A DNA stretch of 64,000 bases, from the NCBI GenBank assembly GCA_044892525.1, contig CM097886.1, forward strand, positions 141,112,001-141,176,000. Reading direction: 5' to 3'. The position numbers and the translations under genes are program-made. Source of the stretch: Schmidtea polychroa. Lineage: Eukaryota. Of the stretch, positions 56,781 to 64,000 are shown piece after piece (positions within the stretch are counted from its first letter, which is position 1; the number at the start of each line of letters is the position of its first letter). The notes under the pieces are model-generated. The model did no database searches. It saw nothing but the letters and a program-made list of their open reading frames with translations, and was not told the origin of the DNA.

Positions 56781-57499
56781 CAATATTAATTTTTTTTAGA
56801 AGATCTCTTTTATTATGACTTCGTGTATAAATTTATGCCAATTTTTTCATTTGTCTTATAATTCGTTTTCATAATTTTTACTTTTTAATCTCGTTGTTAA
56901 GTTGTCGAATTTTATGTTAGAAACAAATTACCCTAAAATTACGCAGATAAACCGCATTTATATATTTCTTTAAAATTACACTTTTTTGCAGATAAGTTGC
57001 ATTCATATATTTTTTAAAAATCACTTGACATCTTTTCTAAAAAAATTGACTATTATTTTCAGATAAGCCGCGGCTTATTGCACGATTTAAGGTTAGTTGT
57101 AAATAAAATAAATATAAAATTGTTCATCATCAAACATTGTTTTTTTTAATTAACTCTAACTTCTTTCACTGTTTATAAATATTAATTATTATTCGACTGT
57201 TTAAATATTATTAGAATAATATTTGTCTTATTTTTTCGTAATTAGTTAAATTAAATTATCAATCGATATAAAATAGAAAATCGTGTTTAATAAAAACTGA
57301 AAAATATAGTTTTTAATTATAACCTTTATTTCTTTATATATATAATAAAAATTAAATAACCTTATTAAAAACATTCATTTGATTTTGTTTTATTATAATC
57401 AAGGTCAAACATCTTTGAAGAATTATAATTTAAACTTCGAAGTTCAATAATACTTTGCATTTTTACAGATTATTAAATTATATTTTGTAATCTTGTACA

Positions 57500-58206
57500 A
57501 TGAGAGAAACTCCTATCGGTTGGTATCTATTTGATTTACTATTTGCTTCGTTGAAAAAGAAAAAGAAAGGGTTAAATTTTTGGTTTGTTTTTACAATGAT
57601 TTATTATAATTTACAGTTATAAAGTTGTGATATTCTTCTTCACTTTGTTGATATATACAACATTTCACATGACTCGGAAACCGATCAGTGTTGTTAAGTC
57701 AGTTCTTCACGAAAATTGCACCGATAGAGCTGCAAAAGAGCATAAAATAGTTACTCCTGATAATAATACATTCTGCGACTGGAAACCATTTGGTTTGATT
57801 ATTATGTGAATAAATAACATAATTTTATTTTAATTTTGGTGAAGCATTGATTTTCAAAATTAATTTAATTTATATTTTTTTAGACAAAGATAATTGGACC
57901 GACCTGTTAGGAAATCTGGACATGGCATATTTATTGGCATATGCAGTCAGTATGTTTTTCAGGTTCAGTTTAAAACAAGCAATATTTTTTATTAATTTTT
58001 TTTTCATATTTAGTGGACATATTGCCGAACGAGTAAACATTCGATATTTTCTCACAATCGGCATGTTTCTCTGTGGAGTTTCGACATCTTTATTTGGATT
58101 GGGATTTTATTTACAAATTCATAATTTTTATTATTACCTTTTTGTACAGGTAATTTTAATAAAAAGATTACTTTTAAATTAATTAAATAAAGAATAAATT
58201 TATAAA

Positions 58207-58282
<76 letters not shown>

Positions 58283-61200
58283 AATTGATAAATATGTTAG
58301 TAAGATAATATATTATAAGATTTGTTATTTAATATTAATTTTATTATTAATCTCGGGATTTTTGAAAAAATACATAAAAAATTAATTATTTAAAAAAACC
58401 TAAAAATATTTTCGAAATTAAAAAAATAGATAATAAAATTTATATTTTGATCTAAATTTTTAGTAATTAATTTTTAAAATATTTATTAATTTATTTTTAG
58501 GTTTTTTTCCTAAAACCACATTAATCTTATAAAATATTTTAATAACTAATAATAGAATTTAACAGATTAAATTTAATTAGATTAAATTAAATTTTTTTAT
58601 TAATATTATAATTTTCAAAATATATTATATAGTATTTATTTAATTATTAATATTTATTCGATCGTTAAAATTTATTATATATTTATTATAAATTTTTAAT
58701 TTAATTATTATTCATTTTAATTAATTTTATTATTCAAATTTTATCTTACTAATATTTAAATTAATTATTTAAACTACTAATTATTTATTTTTACACATTA
58801 GTTATTTTTAACTTAGAATATCAAATAGTAAAAATAATAATTGAGAATTTAATGTTTTATAATTATATTTTTGAAAAATACTTAAATTATATTTTTATAT
58901 TAATTAATATTAATATTATTTTTATAATTATTAAAATTTATTACGTTATTCATTTAATTATTATATTTTTGTATTAATATGAATTTTATATTATTTTTTA
59001 CTTTAATGAATCGTTTTTATAGCATTATAAACTTACAATCCTATTATTTTATATTTAATTAAAAATGTGACATAAAAATTATCATTTTTTAATAAATTAT
59101 TCCTAAATGAATTTACAACAAATTACTGAATATTTTTGAAATATATTTCTCTATTAATTTCTCTCCTTTATTTATCTAAGATTATTTATTTAAAAAGCAA
59201 AGGAATTTTTTTTAATAAATTTTAATTCTATCAGTTTTTTTTCAAATTGAAAATTAACCATTTCAAGAATATTTAGTTATTTTTTAGTTAATTTTCAATG
59301 ATAAATAAACAATAAAAAAATTTTCCATTTATTAAAATCTATCTCTCAATTTTAATTCTAGATTTAATTCTAGATCAGTGGTGGTCAACCCAAATCAATC
59401 GAAGGGCCAAATTTTCGGAAAAATACTATCACGGGCCACAATAAATTCATTTAAATAAATATAACTCGTTTTTACGATTCAAGTAAACTTAGAATCAATA
59501 TTTTAAATTAAAAACATGCTTAATTTGAATATGAATTCTAAAAAAGACAATTATTGATTAGATGTTTAAAATTGTGTCCGGGCCACATCAAAACGCTTCG
59601 CGGGCCACCGGTTGGCCATGTCTGTTCTAGTACTGTTATTTAGGTAAAATTTTCTGTATCCCAGTACTAGTGTTAATAAGTGAATCAAAGAAATCCCAGA
59701 AATGACCTATCGACCCTCACATGTGGTAGAGAGACTTTAAAAAACTAAAAAGGATATGTTTTCCATTATTTTAAAACTCTGGGATAGAGTTCATGAACGG
59801 CAAGACACCTAATTAAAATAAAAATATGATATTTATATTTTTCATTATCGATCATTCCTATCCTTGCCCTTTTCTTTAAAGTTAATTTGATAATATCTGT
59901 AATCTTATCCAACAAAATGGAATTCGAAATTGGAATAACCTTAGTTTTTCAACTTTTTCCGTTATCAGTATCAATTTCTACGTCATTTAAGATGTTTAGT
60001 TAAGTTATTTTTTTCTCTTTCATTATTCTAACTCAGCCATAGTCAACCGGTGGCCCGCGAAGCGTTTTGATGTGGCCCGGACACAATTTTAAACATCGAA
60101 TCAATATTTGTCTTTTTTAGAATTCATATTCGAATTAAGCATGTTTTTAATTTAAAAAATTGATTCTAAGTTTACTTGAATCGTAAAAACGAGTTATATT
60201 TATTTAAATGAATTTATTGTGGCCCGTGATAGTATTTTTCCGAAAATTTGGCCCTTCGATTGATTTGGGTTGGCCACCACTGTTCTAACTAGTTAATATA
60301 TGAGTCTTAAATTTACATCTAAGATTCAAGTTTTTCGAACAAATCATTTATGTATGTCATAAACAATTTATAAATCATATATTCTGGACTTAAATCGAAC
60401 CCGATTAGTAGATGCAATTTCGGATGCGGATTATAACCCTGAAAAATTTATAATATATTAAAATGCACTAGAATTCATCATTTTATTTTGTTTATTATAA
60501 TAATTTATTATTATGTATTTTGAAATTTTTTTAAATAAAAATAATGTGTTTTACAAGGATTGCGGAGATATCAAATCTTAAATACTATAGAAAAAAATTG
60601 TCAAAAACAATTAAAAATAGTTAAAAATTTAAAAAACTAAAAAATATCGGAAAAAACTTTAATTTCAAAATCAAATTAGATCCAATCAAAATGCAGATAA
60701 TGCAAATGAAAAAGATCAATCTTCACATTTCATATTCAAATTATTTTCTTATGCAGATTGAAGTGGACTATTTGATATTCTAAAATTGTCATTTTTTTCA
60801 ATAAATTTAAAACCGACATTTAAGGCTTATAAAGTATTATTATTATTAAAAAAAATATAAACACTCATGGGAGCAATTTAATTATCAGAAAGCGCCAATT
60901 TCGTTTTATTTTATATTTCGATATTTTTATTTTTTAAATTATAATTTAAATAACAAAATCATAAATAAACATGTTTTTATTAAAAAGATATAATTAATAA
61001 ATTTGTTCAAAAAAATTTATCCTACATGACAATGACAGAAAAACTATCGAAACATCGTAAAATGAATGTTCGAGTAACACGTTCTTATAATTATTATTAA
61101 TAATTAAAGTAAATATAAAGTTTCGTTTTTTGTGAAAATCTAAAATTTATTTTATATATTCGAGTTCTAAGATATCTAAATAAACATTTCCAGGAACAAA

Positions 61201-62077
61201 ATCTTATATCTAAATATGTATTGTTTAATTTTAATAAAATAATGAACTTTGAATTATTATTTATTTGTGTATATGTAATCCAAATTCTCGTGCATGTTCA
61301 ATTCTGTTACATGATCCGATAGCACAATTAATGATCAGTAATCATTACATTTTATCGATAAAAATTTATTTACCATAAACCCCAATTTGAGAACTTGTAA
61401 TCACTAAGTTCATGATATGATACATCGTTTGTCCGTTCATTAAATGGAAATAGATTGAATTAGTTTTTACATAAAATTATGAAAATTTAATTTAAATATC
61501 ATTAAAAAATAATCTAATAAAATAAATTAAAAATGAAGTGTTTAATTGGCATCTCAAGTTTTTTTATGTCGTAAAGTAATAATAAAACCGGATAATACTT
61601 TAATCGCATATGACGTAATAAATATATTGAGTAATAAAATAATTTTCATTTGAGTGAAAATTTTTCGTTTGAATGAAAAATATTTCAAGTGTTTTTTTAG
61701 AAATTTTTAATATAATAAAGCCTTTATTTATTTGTACTTCAGTGAACTTTTCATAGTTAAACTTTAGTTTAATAGTAAACCTTTTTGCATAGACTCGTCT
61801 CAGTAGTGTTTTCGTAGATCTAAATATTTTTAAAGTAATTTTATTTTTTTTAAATATTTCAAAGTTTCATGTGTTATACATAAACTAAAATCCGTTGTCT
61901 AACATTTAATATAGACAGCGTTAAAGATTTGTGTCATGTTAAGAATTCTATTGATGTATTATCATTTAATAATAAGTTGTATCTTTAATCAATAGTGAGA
62001 ATTAAAATACTTTCAGTGATTAGACGATAAATTATTATATATAAACAAATTAAGTAGTAACTTATTGATTTAAACAC

Positions 62078-62135
<58 letters not shown>

Positions 62136-63744
62136 GGGATTATGACAGTGGCGTATCTAGGGTTCACGGCGCACGGGGCAAAACTTAAAATTGCGCCCCT
62201 CTCCACGTGAATTTTTTCTTTTCCTTATTATTGGTATATTATTTTGCACTAAAGTGACATTTCTTTTTTAAGAAAAAAAAATTATTTAAAAAAAATCAAA
62301 AATTTTCACTCTTTAAAATTGATTTGCAGCAGTTTAAAAAAAAATTAATTTAATTTTGCAACAAGTTAGTTTTAAACTTTATTTATTGTAATAATTTACA
62401 AACAAATTTTTCGTGCTTTAACACTTGCGAACTTGTCAATGACATCATCAAAGTTAATTTTGTTCACGGTGTTTTTCTCAATACTTAATAATGCCAAATT
62501 ATTTAAACGTTCTTCACTCATTGTTGCTCGAAGATATGACAAAATTAATTTTAATTTGCTAAAGGAACGCTCGCATGTTGAAACAGAAATACCAATTGTC
62601 AAAAGAATTTGCAATGAAATTCTTAAATTTGGGAAAACATCTTCACCATAAGATATTAAAAATTTTAAAAGATCTATAGGTGATTTTGGAATTTCATCTT
62701 TTCGAGCATTAAGAAGCATTTTACAGTCAGTAACTTCATTGCATAGTTCGTTTTCATCAATATCTGAATTGTAAAATTTTCCCAAATTTGAACATTTTTC
62801 TTTTAATTTAGCAGGATCATGGCAATTTAGAAAATTTTCAGTGTCAAGGAAATATCCAAAATTTTCGTTCAATGAATTAAGGCGAGTAAATCGAGTTTTT
62901 AATTCTTGAATTAATCTATCAACTGAGCATTTCAACACACGATCTAACTCTTGTTCAGCAGTCAAACCAGAATCAGTCATTTTTTCACCTAATCTAATTT
63001 TTATACGTCGCACTCTTTTCTTTATTTCAACGCCCCATTCAAAACACTTTTTTTTACCTGCTTCAATTGATTGAATGCATAGATCTTCAAGAAATTGCTG
63101 CATATGTATGCTTAATCCTTGTAAATCATCGGAGGCATCTTTAAAATAATCAAAATTCGTTATTTTAATGTTGGTTAAATTTCAAAATCGAAAATCTTTA
63201 AATAAAGTTTAGGTTTCAAAAATCAATTTGGCGCCCCTAAAATCGTGGCGCCCGTGGCAAATGCCCCGCTTGCCCGGCCCTAGATACGCTACTGGATTAT
63301 GATTAATTAATTAATTTTAAAATTTTTATTACTTCTAAAATGAAGAAATATTAACTTATAGATATTTGCTGGTATGGTCCAAGCAACAGGCTGGCCAGCA
63401 GTTGTGTCTTGCATGGGTAATTGGTTTGGAAAGAAACGGTTCTATTTACTAATCTACTATTACTAGTTAATTTTTTTCCTAAAGGCGAGGATTTCTAATG
63501 GGTTTATGGAATGCCCATACAAGTCTTGGAAATATTCTTGGGTCAGTTATTGCTGGGGCTTTTGTTGAAACTGCCTGGGGTCTTTCATTTATCGTTCCTG
63601 GTGGAATAATAATTGGAATGGGAATCATAGTGTTTTTGTTTTTAACGCCATGTAATTTTATAATTTTTGACGTTGGAATTCATTTTTCGAATGATTTCAG
63701 ATCCGGAAGATGTCGGATGTCACGCTGTACCTCAAACGGGAGAG
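57500..63744 (+). CDS. SLC37A2: Host MFS sugar-phosphate exchanger, SLC37A1/A2-like; exons 57500-57570, 57617-57792, 57884-57962, 58014-58149, 63362-63438, 63485-63651, 63701-63744; continues past the window
   Basis: GT-AG introns join in frame to give FHMTRKPISVVKSVLHENC, WKPFDKDNW, AYAVSMFFSGHIAERVNIRYFL, QATGWPAVVSCMGNWFGKKRRGFLMGLWNAHTSLGNILGSVIAG and WGLSFIVPG, all diagnostic of SLC37. A1 versus A2 orthology is not resolvable by eye. Confidence 0.9.
58211..58280. repeat. (TA)n microsatellite
   Basis: Direct reading. Confidence 0.95.
59376..59624 (+). mobile_element. hAT-type MITE (249 bp), intronic
   Basis: CAGTGGTGGTCAACC...GGTTGGCCATGTCTG; flanks ttctagat and ttctagta. Confidence 0.7.
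60034..60282 (-). mobile_element. Same MITE family, inverted copy
   Basis: Reverse complement of 59376-59624, with a perfect 8-bp TSD TTCTAACT. Confidence 0.85.
62078..62134. repeat. (AAT)n microsatellite
   Basis: Direct reading. Confidence 0.95.
62146..63294 (-). mobile_element. Internally deleted hAT transposon (1149 bp) retaining the transposase C-terminus (ORF 62396-63103)
   Basis: TIR CAGTGGCGTATCTAGGG / CCCTAGATACGCTACTG, perfect 8-bp TSD GATTATGA, and dimerisation motif FPNLRISLQILLTI.ISVSTCERSFSKLKLI..YLRATMSEERL. Confidence 0.92.
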
Positions 63745-63816
63745 GTAAATATTTATTGTCACAATTTTTCTTTAACTTGATTTTAAATAATTAAACATTA
63801 AATAAATATATTAAAA

Positions 63817-63997
63817 AGAGACCTTGAAGACTATAAATCAATAATATATCGATGTATTTTTGATACTCATGAATTTTCGGCACTGCCTTTTTCAAGTGAA
63901 AATTCAATTGAAAATTCACTTGAAAAGGCAGTGCCGAAAATCCGTGAGTATCAAAAATACATCGATATATTACTGATTTATAGTCTTCAAGCTCTCT
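63817..63997. repeat. Near-perfect inverted repeat (about 80-bp arms, short loop)
   Basis: ttgaagactataaatca...cggcactgcctttttcaagtgaa mirrored by ttcacttgaaaaggcagtgccg...tgatttatagtcttcaag. Confidence 0.9.
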
Positions 63998-64000
63998 ATT

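Noticed and set aside
61985-62206. Poly-Ile ORF
   Set aside because: It is a translation of the (AAT)n microsatellite.
63498-63794. 98-aa ORF as a standalone gene (likewise 57627-57809 and 57847-58182)
   Set aside because: These are SLC37 exons read through into introns.

Overview
AT-rich eukaryotic (animal-like) genomic DNA with two N gaps, dominated by transposons. The centrepiece is an apparently intact, recently inserted giant Ty3/Gypsy LTR element of 30,176 bp on the minus strand (22575-52750). It has 3.87-kb LTRs differing at only about 3 positions that I could spot, TG...CA ends, a 4-bp CCTG target-site duplication and a tRNA-Pro-type PBS. One 4617-aa polyprotein carries, in order: Gag with 3 CCHC knuckles, three ubiquitin-like folds, a Bcl-2-like domain, a signal peptide plus chuvirus/gB-like fusion glycoprotein, then protease, RT, RNase H, integrase, ankyrin repeats and a C-terminal membrane protein. 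Env therefore sits between Gag and Pol. Separate same-sense ORFs encode an IAP-type RING protein upstream of gag, a full-length intronless TRAF, three coiled-coil proteins, a type I membrane protein and an LTR-encoded protein. Together this looks like an enveloped retroelement carrying an apoptosis/TNF-NF-kB/ubiquitin toolkit. Its size recalls the giant Burro Gypsy elements of planarians, but host and family cannot be established from the sequence alone. The flanks hold a second Gypsy family (Gag with 4 knuckles running off the left edge, tRNA-Trp PBS), gag relics, hAT-type transposons and MITEs, microsatellites, and the first seven exons of a host SLC37A1/2-like sugar-phosphate exchanger. All domain calls are by-eye motif recognition, not database results, and relic boundaries are approximate.
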